DNA of 32,067 nt from a virus (IMGVR_UViG_3300017912_000811:1-32067); one strand, 5' to 3'. Numbered from the stretch's first letter, positions 1-8,973 are shown. The notes: generated by a model from the sequence alone, not told the origin. Program-made: numbers and translations.

Positions 1-3000
1 CAAAATAATCCTATCACTACTACTGGCAACATCTCTGGTGCTGCTGCCACGTTTTCTGGTGTCCTTGATGTTTCGCAGGGCAATGTTACAGGGTCTACCG
101 CTTCTGTATTGTTAGGTGCTGACGCTAACGCAACTACAAGAACAAATGCTACTAACAAATTTTTCACTCTAGGTGCGGCTCATTATACAAACGCAGAAGA
201 ACCTATTGCAGCTATGTCATTGAGTAGCACATCAAGCGCAACCACGTTGTATCTGGGTTCACAGCCAAATGGAACATTTAATGTTCCTACAGAAATTCAA
301 CTTCGTACCGGAGCTTCTATAACCGCAACGGGTGGAGTTGCTGCTCTTACCCTCGACAGCAGCCAGAACGCCACGTTTGCTGGTGAAGTAGGTGTGAAAG
401 CATTATCTATCACTGGTAATCATGCATCTATTACTGGTGCAAATACTACATGGATAAATAACGCTGGATCTGGAACAACTAGAATGATTGCTCTTGGTGA
501 AGACGCAAGCACCAATGGAACAATAATATTTTCTAGTAGACGTTCTGATTCTTCAAATGCAACTAATCTTCTTACTCTTGGTGGTTCATCAGGTAATGCA
601 ATCTTTACTGGTGATGTTGATATTCAATCATCAACAGGTGGTAAATTAATTCTTACAACTACCGACACTTCTGGTGCAACAGGCGAAGATGTTGGCTCAA
701 TAGACTTTTATAGTAGTGATTCAAGTACAGGTTCAACTGGTGTTCAAGCAAGAATACTTGGTGAAATGGATAGCAACGGTGATAGTACTGCACTTCAGTT
801 TTTTACTGGACTGTCGACCGGAAGCGGAAGTCCGACATTAAGAAAAAGAATACAAATTGATGGTGCTACCGCTTCAAATGGAAATATCTCATTTTTTGAT
901 GATTCAGGTACTAGTGCAAAATTTTATTGGGATGCTCACAATGAGAGATTGGGTATAGGGACTTCCTCACCCGGAGAACTTTTAACTCTATCTGATGCAA
1001 CACCAGTTTTAAGATTTGTTGATTCTGATACTTCAAGAGAAGCACAAATTGTTTCTGTTGATGGTAATCTACGATTTGATGCTGATAATAGTAATGCTCA
1101 AGCTTCTACTAATATAGCATTTAGAACTGATGGTTCTGAAAGGATGCGTATTGACAGTAGTGGCAATGTAATTATTGGCGGCACTTCTGCAACCAACTCC
1201 GCAACATTCCAAGTTGAAACAGATACAGATACAAGTGCTGATGGTGCTGGTGTAGTTCACATATATAACAAATCTACAACGGCTGGTGCTAGTGCTTCGA
1301 TTTTATTTCAATCTGATGAGGGTGGTGGAGATAACAGAAGAGGATACATTGAAGGTTTAAAAACTGGTTCTGGAAATGGCGGTGGCCTTGCATTTTCAAC
1401 TAGGCAATCTGGTGGAACTTTCAATGACCAAGCATTATTAATAGATGACTTAGGCAACGCCACGTTTGCTGGTAACATTGAAAGTGCGTCAGGTGCTGTG
1501 GCAACGATTGGTGGCACAACAAACCATCAACGCCTAACGGTTGGTGACACTTCGACTAGTACATCAGGTATTGCGATTGCGTCTTTAAACACCTCAACAA
1601 CAGGGCTGTTCTTTTATGACGGTGCTAACGATGGCGCAATCACCTACAACCACACGTCCCGTGAAATGCTGTTACGCAGCGGTGGCTCGACATTCCTAAC
1701 GGGTGACAGTTCTCAAAACGCCACGTTTGCTGGTGGTATTGATGTTTCTAGCGGCACAATCAAACTAGATGGAAATTATCCTACTGGAACAGAAAATGTT
1801 GCGTTAGGTAATACTGCTTTAGATAGTGTTGCCTCTGATGGAAATTATAATGTTGCTATAGGTAATGCCGCACTTACAGCAAACACTACTGGTGATAATA
1901 ATACTGGAGTTGGTGCAAGTGCTCTAACAGCAAATGTTGGCGGTATACAGAATACAGCAGTCGGTGCGTTTGCTTTAGATGCTAACACAACAGGAAATTA
2001 TAATACAGCTATAGGTGGTAATGCACTTTCAGCTAATACTACTGGAACAACCAACACAGCAGTAGGTAGATTTGCATTAGCTGCTAATACTACTGCTAGT
2101 TTTAATACTGGCCTTGGATATCAAGCTATGTATAGTGCAAACAGCGGTTATCACAATACTGCTGTTGGTAAAGATTCAATGTATCATACTACTTCAGGAT
2201 TTAACCTTACTGCGGTTGGTATGTCTGCAATGTATAACAATACCACAGGCACCAGAAATGTCGCAATAGGATATGAATCATTATATTCTAATACCACTGG
2301 TGTTAATAATACAGCACTAGGTCAACATAGTTTACGTTCAAGCACGACTTCTAATAGTAATACAGGAATAGGAATAAATGCTCTTTATTCTAATACTGCT
2401 GGTGATAATACAGCAGTTGGAGCATCTACGGCATATAATAGCACAACTGCTACTGGTATAACCGCTATAGGTAGACAGGCACTAACTTTAAATACAACAG
2501 GTAGTAATAATACCGCTCTTGGATATCAACCATCATATTTTAATACAACAGGTGCAAATAACACTGTTGTTGGATATCAAGCTGGTTATACTAATACAAC
2601 TGCTAGCGATAATACGTTCGTAGGATATGCCGCAGGATATTTCAATGTAGCTGGTGCAAATACTGGTATAGGTAGACAGGCATTAAGAAGCAATACTACC
2701 GCAACAGGAAATACTGCTCTTGGATATCAAGCTGGTTATACAAATCAGACAGGTGCTTCTGTAACTTATTTAGGTTATCAAGCAGGTTATACAGCCACAG
2801 GTAATAATAATACTCATGTAGGTTATCGTGCTGGTTACTTAGTAACTACAGGAGCAGACAATACTTTAATAGGAACTGTAGCAGGTGATGCACTTACTAC
2901 AGGCGCACAAAATACAGCAGTAGGACAAGGTGCATTAGGTGGAGAAACTACAGGAACTGCAAACGTAGCCATTGGTTATCGTGCTATGCAAGCTACCTCT

Positions 3001-4560
3001 GGTTCTGCTAACAGTGTAGCTGTTGGTAGAGACACATTATATAATGCAACTAGTGATGGTTTAGTAGCTATTGGGTATAATGCATTAAATCAAAATACGA
3101 GTGGTACTACTAATGTTGCTGTTGGTTATCAGGCTTTAGATGCGAACACTACTGGTTCTGGTAATACTGGCGTAGGCTATCAAGTTCTATCTGCATCAAC
3201 AACAGGCGATAGAAATGTTGGTGTTGGAGAAGGTGCATTATTTGATAACACTACTGGATATAGAAATACAGCTATAGGTTATGGTTCTACAGATAACAAT
3301 ACAACAGGTCACAACAATACTGCTGTTGGTTATTTAACTCTTAGAACGAATACCACAGGAGCTAATAATGTTGCTGTAGGTTCTGGTGCTTTAGACGCAA
3401 ATACTACTGCATCCACTAACACAGCAGTAGGTGTTAATGCATTGACTTCAAACACTACAGGCCAAGTAAACACTGCTCTTGGTTATCGTGCTATGGCGAC
3501 TCAAACAACTGGTTCTAACAATATTGCGTTAGGTAACAATGCATTAGAAAATAGTACTACTGGCGCACAAAATACAGCAGTTGGTGCAAACGCATTAGAA
3601 CAGCTAACTACAGCATCTAATAACACCGCAGTAGGGCAAGAAACATTAGAAGAAACTACTACTGGTGGAGATAATACTGCTGTAGGAAGACAAGCTCTTA
3701 CTTCTAATACTACAGGTTCTAGAAGTGTAGCGATTGGTAATATCGCAGGATTTACACAAACAACTGGAAATAATAACACTCTAGTTGGTTATGCTGCTGG
3801 CTACGCAATAACCACAGGAATACAAAATACTTTTATTGGACCACACAATGGAACAACAGGTTCTGGTAGTGTTATTACAACTGGTTCTAAAAACACAATC
3901 ATTGGTAATTACGATGGGAATACAGGCGGCTTAGATATCCGCACAGCAAGCAACTACATCGTCCTATCTGATGGTGATGGTAATCCTCGTCAGGTTATAG
4001 ACAATTCAGGTAATGTTGGCATTGCTGAGACAAGTCCTGCTGCAAAATTTGAAGTGTTACAATCTGCATTTGGTACAAACAGTGCTATATTTAATAGTTC
4101 TCACAGTACTACTCCGCAAGGAATTAAGGTCGATTTTTCTGTTGCTACTCCTGACAATAATTCTCAAAAGTTTTTAACCTGTGAAGATGCTACGGCAGAA
4201 CGATGCGTTATTTATTCTGATGGTGATCTTGCCAACCACGATGGCACCTATGGCACATTATCAGATCGACATTACAAAACTGACATAGAAAATGCTCGTT
4301 CTTATTGGGACGATTGGAAAAACATCCAATTCCACACATTTACCAAGGGTGGAAAAAAACAATTTGGTGTGATTGCGGATGAACTTGAAACAGTATTTCC
4401 AAGTTTGGTTCATACCTCACCAGATGAAAACCATCCTGATGGTGAAAGCCAGTGGGTTGATACGACTAACCTTTTACAAATTGCAGGAAAAGTAATTCAA
4501 GAGTTACAAGAAAAGAATGAAGATCTTGAAGCAAGAATAACCGCATTAGAAAACGCATAG
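1..4560 (+). CDS. Large modular tail fibre/adhesin with 14-aa repeat region and C-terminal intramolecular chaperone (peptidase S74); 5'-truncated by the window
   Basis: Frame 1 is open from base 1 (QNNPITTTGNISG...), so the TTG at 109 is not the true start. G/S/T/N-rich modules carry RMRIDSSGNV/ERLGIGTSSP junction motifs and NTAVGxxALxxNTTG repeats. C-terminal S|DRHYKTDIE...FGVIADEL...LV...coiled coil LEARITALE is typical of S74 chaperones. Confidence 0.9.
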   Translation, partial: QNNPITTTGNISGAAATFSGVLDVSQGNVTGSTASVLLGADANATTRTNATNKFFTLGAAHYTNAEEPIAAMSLSSTSSATTLYLGSQPNGTFNVPTEIQLRTGASITATGGVAALTLDSSQNATFAGEVGVKALSITGNHASITGANTTWINNAGSGTTRMIALGEDASTNGTIIFSSRRSDSSNATNLLTLGGSSGNAIFTGDVDIQSSTGGKLILTTTDTSGATGEDVGSIDFYSSDSSTGSTGVQARILGEMDSNGDSTALQFFTGLSTGSGSPTLRKRIQIDGATASNGNISFFDDSGTSAKFYWDAHNERLGIGTSSPGELLTLSDATPVLRFVDSDTSREAQIVSVDGNLRFDADNSNAQASTNIAFRTDGSERMRIDSSGNVIIGGTSATNSATFQVETDTDTSADGAGVVHIYNKSTTAGASASILFQSDEGGGDNRRGYIEGLKTGSGNGGGLAFSTRQSGGTFNDQALLIDDLGNATFAGNIESASGAVATIGGTTNHQRLTVGDTSTSTSGIAIASLNTSTTGLFFYDGANDGAITYNHTSREMLLRSGGSTFLTGDSSQNATFAGGIDVSSGTIKLDGNYPTGTENVALGNTALDSVASDGNYNVAIGNAALTANTTGDNNTGVGASALTANVGGIQNTAVGAFALDANTTGNYNTAIGGNALSANTTGTTNTAVGRFALAANTTASFNTGLGYQAMYSANSGYHNTAVGKDSMYHTTSGFNLTAVGMSAMYNNTTGTRNVAIGYESLYSNTTGVNNTALGQHSLRSSTTSNSNTGIGINALYSNTAGDNTAVGASTAYNSTTATGITAIGRQALTLNTTGSNNTALGYQPSYFNTTGANNTVVGYQAGYTNTTASDNTFVGYAAGYFNVAGANTGIGRQALRSNTTATGNTALGYQAGYTNQTGASVTYLGYQAGYTATGNNNTHVGYRAGYLVTTGADNTLIGTVAGDALTTGAQNTAVGQGALGGETTGTANVAIGYRAMQATSGSANSVAVGRDTLYNATSDGLVAIGYNALNQNTSGTTNVAVGYQALDANTTGSGNTGVGYQVLSASTTGDRNVGVGEGALFDNTTGYRNTAIGYGSTDNNTTGHNNTAVGYLTLRTNTTGANNVAVGSGALDANTTASTNTAVGVNALTSNTTGQVNTALGYRAMATQTTGSNNIALGNNALENSTTGAQNTAVGANALEQLTTASNNTAVGQETLEETTTGGDNTAVGRQALTSNTTGSRSVAIGNIAGFTQTTGNNNTLVGYAAGYAITTGIQNTFIGPHNGTTGSGSVITTGSKNTIIGNYDGNTGGLDIRTASNYIVLSDGDGNPRQVIDNSGNVGIAETSPAAKFEVLQSAFGTNSAIFNSSHSTTPQGIKVDFSVATPDNNSQKFLTCEDATAERCVIYSDGDLANHDGTYGTLSDRHYKTDIENARSYWDDWKNIQFHTFTKGGKKQFGVIADELETVFPSLVHTSPDENHPDGESQWVDTTNLLQIAGKVIQELQEKNEDLEARITALENA
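367..1734 (+). repeat. Three identical 18-bp direct repeats AACGCCACGTTTGCTGGT (367-384, 1456-1473, 1717-1734) plus a partial copy at 46-60
   Basis: Read directly from the sequence; each copy encodes NATFAG in frame. 46-60 GCCACGTTTTCTGGT matches the last 15 bp with 1 mismatch. Confidence 0.95.
1790..3900 (+). repeat. Degenerate ~42-bp (14-aa) tandem coding repeat array, N(T/V)A(V/I/L)GxxALxxNTTG
   Basis: Visible in the translation. Exact DNA copies include TGGATATCAAGCTGGTTATAC (2571-2591, 2721-2741) and GGCGCACAAAATACAGCAGT (2902-2921, 3562-3581). Array boundaries are approximate. Confidence 0.9.
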
Positions 4561-4578
4561 TCAAAAAGGAGATATAAA

Positions 4579-4791
4579 ATGACTGAAGAAGTAACCGCAG
4601 AAGAAATTGCAAAACACTACAGTGCTGCAATGGATAGCGTAAACCTTATCAATGGTGGACAGCCAGAAGGTATGGATGCTGATGAATGGGCTGATTGCGT
4701 TGCTCGTAATAAAGAACACTTAAACATCATGCTTGCTAAAGACTTCTGGACAACAGAAAACCTAACCCCTTTAGAAGAAGCAGCAGCTTAA
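4579..4791 (+). CDS. Small acidic hypothetical protein downstream of the tail fibre (possible fibre accessory)
   Basis: Strong AAGGAG RBS upstream; 70 aa; TAATG overlap with the next ORF. Confidence 0.8.
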   Translation: MTEEVTAEEIAKHYSAAMDSVNLINGGQPEGMDADEWADCVARNKEHLNIMLAKDFWTTENLTPLEEAAA

Positions 4792-4964
4792 TGAAAATAG
4801 TTTCTATTTTACCAATAATAACATTAGTTGTAACAATGTTTTTAGTTGTAGGTTGTGTACCTGAAAAGAAAAAGTTAGGCGAAGGTGCGGTTACACATGC
4901 ACCCTTAGGACATATTGATTTGTGTGCCAGAGAACCAGAGCATAAGCTATGCAAGAAACAATAA
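4791..4964 (+). CDS. 57-aa predicted lipoprotein resembling the N-terminal part of BTLCP proteases (not in ORF track)
   Basis: MKIVSILPIITLVVTMFLVVGC-VPEKKKLGEGAVTHAPLGHIDLCAREPEHKLCKKQ*. Has a basic N-terminus, hydrophobic core and lipobox VVGC, a TAATG-coupled start, and a PxGHxxxCxRxPxxxxC motif. Confidence 0.75.
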   Translation: MKIVSILPIITLVVTMFLVVGCVPEKKKLGEGAVTHAPLGHIDLCAREPEHKLCKKQ

Positions 4965-5335
4965 CAGAAGTTTTTAATAAAGTCTTTCAAGGTTTTAACT
5001 ATAAACGTGATGTAGACAATCATGGTGTAGTAGAACATTGGGGAGATTGTTTAGATAAACTAGATGGACAATGGGAAGGAGACTGTGATGACTTTGCAAT
5101 TACATGTTCTTTACTATTGTCTCAATCTGGAATAGCTGATGAAAATATTAGAGTTATCTTTTGTAAAGTTGAAACAGGTGGTGGTCATTTAGTTTGTGGT
5201 GTAGATACAGAAGATGATACAATTATATTAGATAATAGAGAAAGGTATCCTGTATCTGCAAGTGAATTACATGGATATAATTTTATATCTGGTATGAGAT
5301 TAAGTGAACCTAAAGTATGGAAAACTATTACATAA
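4949..5335 (+). CDS. Transglutaminase-like cysteine proteinase (BTLCP/peptidase C93, LapG-like) catalytic domain
   Basis: Y-x-x-D-x-x-x-HG-x-x-EHW...GDCDDFA...GHLV...ILDN gives the Cys-His-Asp triad in the family order. Confidence 0.8.
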   Translation: MQETITEVFNKVFQGFNYKRDVDNHGVVEHWGDCLDKLDGQWEGDCDDFAITCSLLLSQSGIADENIRVIFCKVETGGGHLVCGVDTEDDTIILDNRERYPVSASELHGYNFISGMRLSEPKVWKTIT

Positions 5336-5347
5336 TAAAGTAAAGTA

Positions 5348-5356
5348 TGGTATAAT
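5348..5356 (+). promoter_or_regulatory. Extended -10 sigma70-type promoter TGgTATAAT
   Basis: Perfect TGnTATAAT in the intergenic gap upstream of the AAGGAG RBS of the 5390 ORF; no clear -35. Confidence 0.55.
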
Positions 5357-5389
5357 AGTTATGTTCATAAATAATTAAGGAGATAGAAA

Positions 5390-5629
5390 GTGAACGAGAA
5401 CGCTATGGAAGTTGAAGAGTCAAACATCATACATATAAATGGTACTGATTATAAAGAGAATGATTTGTCTGAACAACAGCATTACTTTATTAATCAGATA
5501 AAAGACTTACAAGCAAAAGCTAATAATTTAAAGTTTCAACTTGATCAAGTACAAGTTGCTTTAAATACATTTACAAATGAACTGCTAGGTTCTTTTGAAA
5601 CGAAAGAACCAGAAGAAGTGAAGGAGTAG
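5390..5629 (+). CDS. Hypothetical coiled-coil protein
   Basis: AAGGAG RBS, GTG start, heptad pattern QIKDLQAKANNLKFQLDQV. Confidence 0.8.
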   Translation: MNENAMEVEESNIIHINGTDYKENDLSEQQHYFINQIKDLQAKANNLKFQLDQVQVALNTFTNELLGSFETKEPEEVKE

Positions 5630-5641
5630 TTTTAGTATACT

Positions 5642-5842
5642 ATGTTCTATTACATATCTATTGTTGCAATAACTTTACTTCATTTAAATAATCAAGTTGT
5701 AATAGAACATAGTGCTACTGGTCCTTTTAATACATTACAAGAATGTGAACTATATAAAATAGGAATGGTACAAAATCTTACTGGCTTTAATGAGATAGAG
5801 TTAAGATTATCAGAATGCAGAACAAACAAACCAATGGTATAA
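5642..5842 (+). CDS. Hypothetical protein with hydrophobic N-terminus
   Basis: 66-aa ORF filling the gap; GPFxTxxEC-like motif. Confidence 0.65.
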   Translation: MFYYISIVAITLLHLNNQVVIEHSATGPFNTLQECELYKIGMVQNLTGFNEIELRLSECRTNKPMV

Positions 5843-5852
5843 GGAATAGATA

Positions 5853-7121
5853 ATGGCTAGTACATATACATCCAGTTTACGTCTTACAAAACAAGGCGAT
5901 GGAGATAATCCAAATAGTTGGGGTCAAGTTCTCAATGATGGAGTTATTAGTCTTGTTGATGATGCAATAGCAGGATACGAATCAATAACTGTAGGTGTTA
6001 GTGCTAATGTTACACTAACTGAAAACTCTGGATCTGGAGATCAATCTCGTGCTGCTTTTCTAGAGCTAACAGGTAGTGTAGGTGGCACACAAAGTACAAT
6101 TAATATTATTGTTCCTAATCAATCTAAAGGTTATGTTGTTCGTAACTCTGTATCATATGCTTCAGCAGGTGCAGATATTATTCTTAAAGTAGCTGGTAAC
6201 ACTGGTGTAACAATAGCTCCTGCTACAAACCAACATGTAATATGTGATGGTACTTCAGTGTATAATGTTGTGCCTTCAGAGTTTGGTGCAATAACTGCGG
6301 CTGGTGCAGCAACCTTTGAATCTACTGCTACATTTAATAGTACTGTGACAGTCTCAGGAGCAGGTACTTTTAAAGGTAATGTAAGTGTATCTGGTAATAT
6401 AGATACTGCTGGTAATGTGTCAATAGGAGGCACTCAGACATTTACTGGTGCAGGAACCTTTGCTTCAACTGTTACTGTCTCAGGTGCAGCTACATTCTTA
6501 TCTACTGTTACTGTTAAAGGTGATGTTCATGTAAGTTCAAAAGTATGTGCAAGTGCTTTCTATGGAGATGGTGCAAACCTTACTGGTATTGTAGCTATGC
6601 CTACTGGTGCAGTTATTCCTTTTGGTGGGTCTTCTGCTCCAAGTGGTTTTCTATTATGTTATGGTCAAGCAGTAAGTAGAACTACATATGCAACATTGTT
6701 TGGAGTTATTAGCACTACTTATGGTGTAGGTGATGGTTCTTCAACATTTAATCTTCCTGACTTACGTGGACGTGTTGTTGCTGGTCAAGATGACATGGGT
6801 GGTGCAAGTGCTGATAGACTTACAGGACAAACTGGTGGTGTAGATGGCGACACTCTTGGTGGTTCTGGTGGTGCTGAAACACATACACTAACTGAAGCAG
6901 AACTTGCTTCACATAGTCATAGTGCTGCTAAAAGATTTACAGGGAGTGACAGTGGTACTAGAAATTCTTTGGTAGCCGAACAACAAAACATAGATAGTAC
7001 TTTTCAAGGTTATGAAACAAGCACTGGTGGAGGAGATCTTCTTATTAATAATACTGGTAGTGATTCAGCACATAACAATGTACAACCAACATTTATCTTA
7101 AACTACATTATCAAGACGTAA
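5853..7121 (+). CDS. Short tail fibre / virion protein with phage tail-collar domain
   Basis: MPTGAVIPFGGSSAPSGFLLCYGQAVSRTTYATLF...TFNLPDLRGRV is a tail collar domain; C-terminal AHNNVQPTFILNYIIK; central TVTVSGAxTF shaft repeats. Confidence 0.9.
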   Translation: MASTYTSSLRLTKQGDGDNPNSWGQVLNDGVISLVDDAIAGYESITVGVSANVTLTENSGSGDQSRAAFLELTGSVGGTQSTINIIVPNQSKGYVVRNSVSYASAGADIILKVAGNTGVTIAPATNQHVICDGTSVYNVVPSEFGAITAAGAATFESTATFNSTVTVSGAGTFKGNVSVSGNIDTAGNVSIGGTQTFTGAGTFASTVTVSGAATFLSTVTVKGDVHVSSKVCASAFYGDGANLTGIVAMPTGAVIPFGGSSAPSGFLLCYGQAVSRTTYATLFGVISTTYGVGDGSSTFNLPDLRGRVVAGQDDMGGASADRLTGQTGGVDGDTLGGSGGAETHTLTEAELASHSHSAAKRFTGSDSGTRNSLVAEQQNIDSTFQGYETSTGGGDLLINNTGSDSAHNNVQPTFILNYIIKT

Positions 7122-7122
7122 T

Positions 7123-8973
7123 ATGGCAACACTAACTAAGTTTGATTTTGTACCGGGTTTTCACAGAGAGTCCACACAATACGCTGAAGAGGGTAAGTGG
7201 TACGATGGAAACCGTGTGCGTTTTCGGGAAGGTAAACCTGAGAACATGCGTGGGTATGAGACAAGAGCACAAGGAACTACCTTTGATGGATCTGCTCGTG
7301 CTTTATTAACTTGGATGCCAGCAGATAATAATCCTACTGCTATATTTGGTACACCAGATAAACTATATGTACATGACGGAGATGAATTATTTGATGTAAC
7401 ACCAATAACAACAGCAACTACTTTAACTGCTTGCTTTGGTACATCATCTGGAACTACAAGAGTTTGCTGTTCAGATAATGCACATGGTAGAACAGCAGGA
7501 GATTATGTTTTATTTACATCTACATCTGCTATAGGATCAAGTAACGTATCTTTACAAGGAAATACATATCAAATAGTATCTATTGAAAGTGCTAATGTAT
7601 TTACAATTAATGTTACTGCAAATGCAGATAGTACAGAAACACAAGTAGGTAAAGCAACATTTAAATATTATATACCTACAGGTAACTCTACAGCAGCGGC
7701 TGGTTTAGGTTATGGTGCGGCTGCTTATCAAGCTACGGTGTGTGCATCACAAACAAGAGCTTGGAATCAACCAGCTTCTGCTAGTGCAAGTGGTTTACTT
7801 TTTGATATTACAAACTGGAGCTTTGATAACTGGGGTGATGATGTTATAGCAAATCGTAAAGGTGGTGGTATATTTTACTATGACTCAGATGCTTCTACTG
7901 GTGGAGCATTAGATAGAGCTACATCAGTAACAACATCACCTGTAAGTGTTAATTCAATTATTGTGTCTCCTAATGATAGACATCTTATTTGTCTAGGGAC
8001 TAATCAGTATGATGTTGCAGCTACAGTAAGTGGTACATTTAATCCACTGTTAGTTCGTTGGTCTGATCAAGATGATCGTACAGAATGGAATCCAAGAGCA
8101 GATACAACATCAGGTGAAGTTGTTCTTACAGATGGAACTCGTATAGTTGGAGCAGTAAGATCCAGAACTGCTATTAATATTTGGACAGATAATTCTCTCT
8201 GGTTAATGAATTATGTTGGTGGTAGTTTTGTATTTAATTTCCAACAATTAGGAACTAACTGTGGTCTTATTGGACAACATGCAGCAATAGATTATAATGG
8301 TGTTTCTTATTGGATGGGATATGATAACTTCTATCGTAATACAGGTAGAGCACAAGTTTTAGATTGTACAGTACGTAGATATATTTTTGATGATATCAAT
8401 ACAACTTATTATGATAAAATATATTGTGGTATTAACTCAGAGTTTAGAGAAATAATTTGGCTCTATCCTTCTACTACAAGTACAGAGTGTGATAAGTATG
8501 TTATCTATAATCCAGAAGAAAACTACTGGGTATATGGTGATACTATCTTTACTACATTTGAAGATGGTACAACATTTAATAATGTGATAACAACTGGTGT
8601 TACTGCTACTGGTAATAATATTTATAATAACGAGCCACCTACAGTATTTACTGGTAGTGGTGAAACATTACCGTCATTTATTGAGTCAGCAGACTTTGAT
8701 GTACAAGATGGTAATGCAGTTATGTATATGAACAGAGTTATACCAGACTTTGACCTGTCTACTGGTCAGATTAAAATGAAAGTTATTACAAAGAAATATC
8801 CAGAGAGTACAGAGACAGTAGAAAAAGAGTTTGATATTTTTAACAATACACAGAAAGTAGATTTTAGAGCAAGAGGAAGGCAAGCAAAGATTAGAGTATC
8901 ATGTGGATCAAACAATGCTAGTTGGCGATGGGGATCAGTACGAATAGCATTACAAGGTGATGGAGAGAGATAG
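7123..8973 (+). CDS. Virion tail/stabilisation (nozzle-like) protein
   Basis: 616 aa, beta-rich with repeated W/D motifs (LVRWSDQDD, IWTD, NCGL); C-terminal RARGRQ...WRWG; lies between the fibre and internal proteins. Confidence 0.65.
   Translation: MATLTKFDFVPGFHRESTQYAEEGKWYDGNRVRFREGKPENMRGYETRAQGTTFDGSARALLTWMPADNNPTAIFGTPDKLYVHDGDELFDVTPITTATTLTACFGTSSGTTRVCCSDNAHGRTAGDYVLFTSTSAIGSSNVSLQGNTYQIVSIESANVFTINVTANADSTETQVGKATFKYYIPTGNSTAAAGLGYGAAAYQATVCASQTRAWNQPASASASGLLFDITNWSFDNWGDDVIANRKGGGIFYYDSDASTGGALDRATSVTTSPVSVNSIIVSPNDRHLICLGTNQYDVAATVSGTFNPLLVRWSDQDDRTEWNPRADTTSGEVVLTDGTRIVGAVRSRTAINIWTDNSLWLMNYVGGSFVFNFQQLGTNCGLIGQHAAIDYNGVSYWMGYDNFYRNTGRAQVLDCTVRRYIFDDINTTYYDKIYCGINSEFREIIWLYPSTTSTECDKYVIYNPEENYWVYGDTIFTTFEDGTTFNNVITTGVTATGNNIYNNEPPTVFTGSGETLPSFIESADFDVQDGNAVMYMNRVIPDFDLSTGQIKMKVITKKYPESTETVEKEFDIFNNTQKVDFRARGRQAKIRVSCGSNNASWRWGSVRIALQGDGER

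Noticed and set aside
367-1734. 18-bp repeats as a CRISPR array or invertible shufflon
   Set aside because: Spacing is 261-1089 bp within a coding frame, and the repeats are direct, not inverted. No cas or invertase gene is seen.
1069-3779. Minus-strand ORFs at 1069, 1308 and 3501 (and similar antisense or alternative-frame ORFs across the window, e.g. 6131, 10348, 20858, 21772, 25085, 26636)
   Set aside because: They are shadows of well-supported genes, with no RBS or recognisable motifs.
4791-4964. Lipoprotein as an o-spanin
   Set aside because: It is far from the lysis genes, has no adjacent i-spanin, and its Cys motif fits a BTLCP N-terminus better.
4946-4964. Canonical -1 programmed frameshift joining the lipoprotein and protease ORFs
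   Set aside because: No in-frame X XXY YYZ heptamer is present; it remains only an unproven possibility.
1-7121. Diversity-generating retroelement acting on the fibres
   Set aside because: No reverse transcriptase and no template/variable repeat pair with adenine-specific mismatches was seen in the window.
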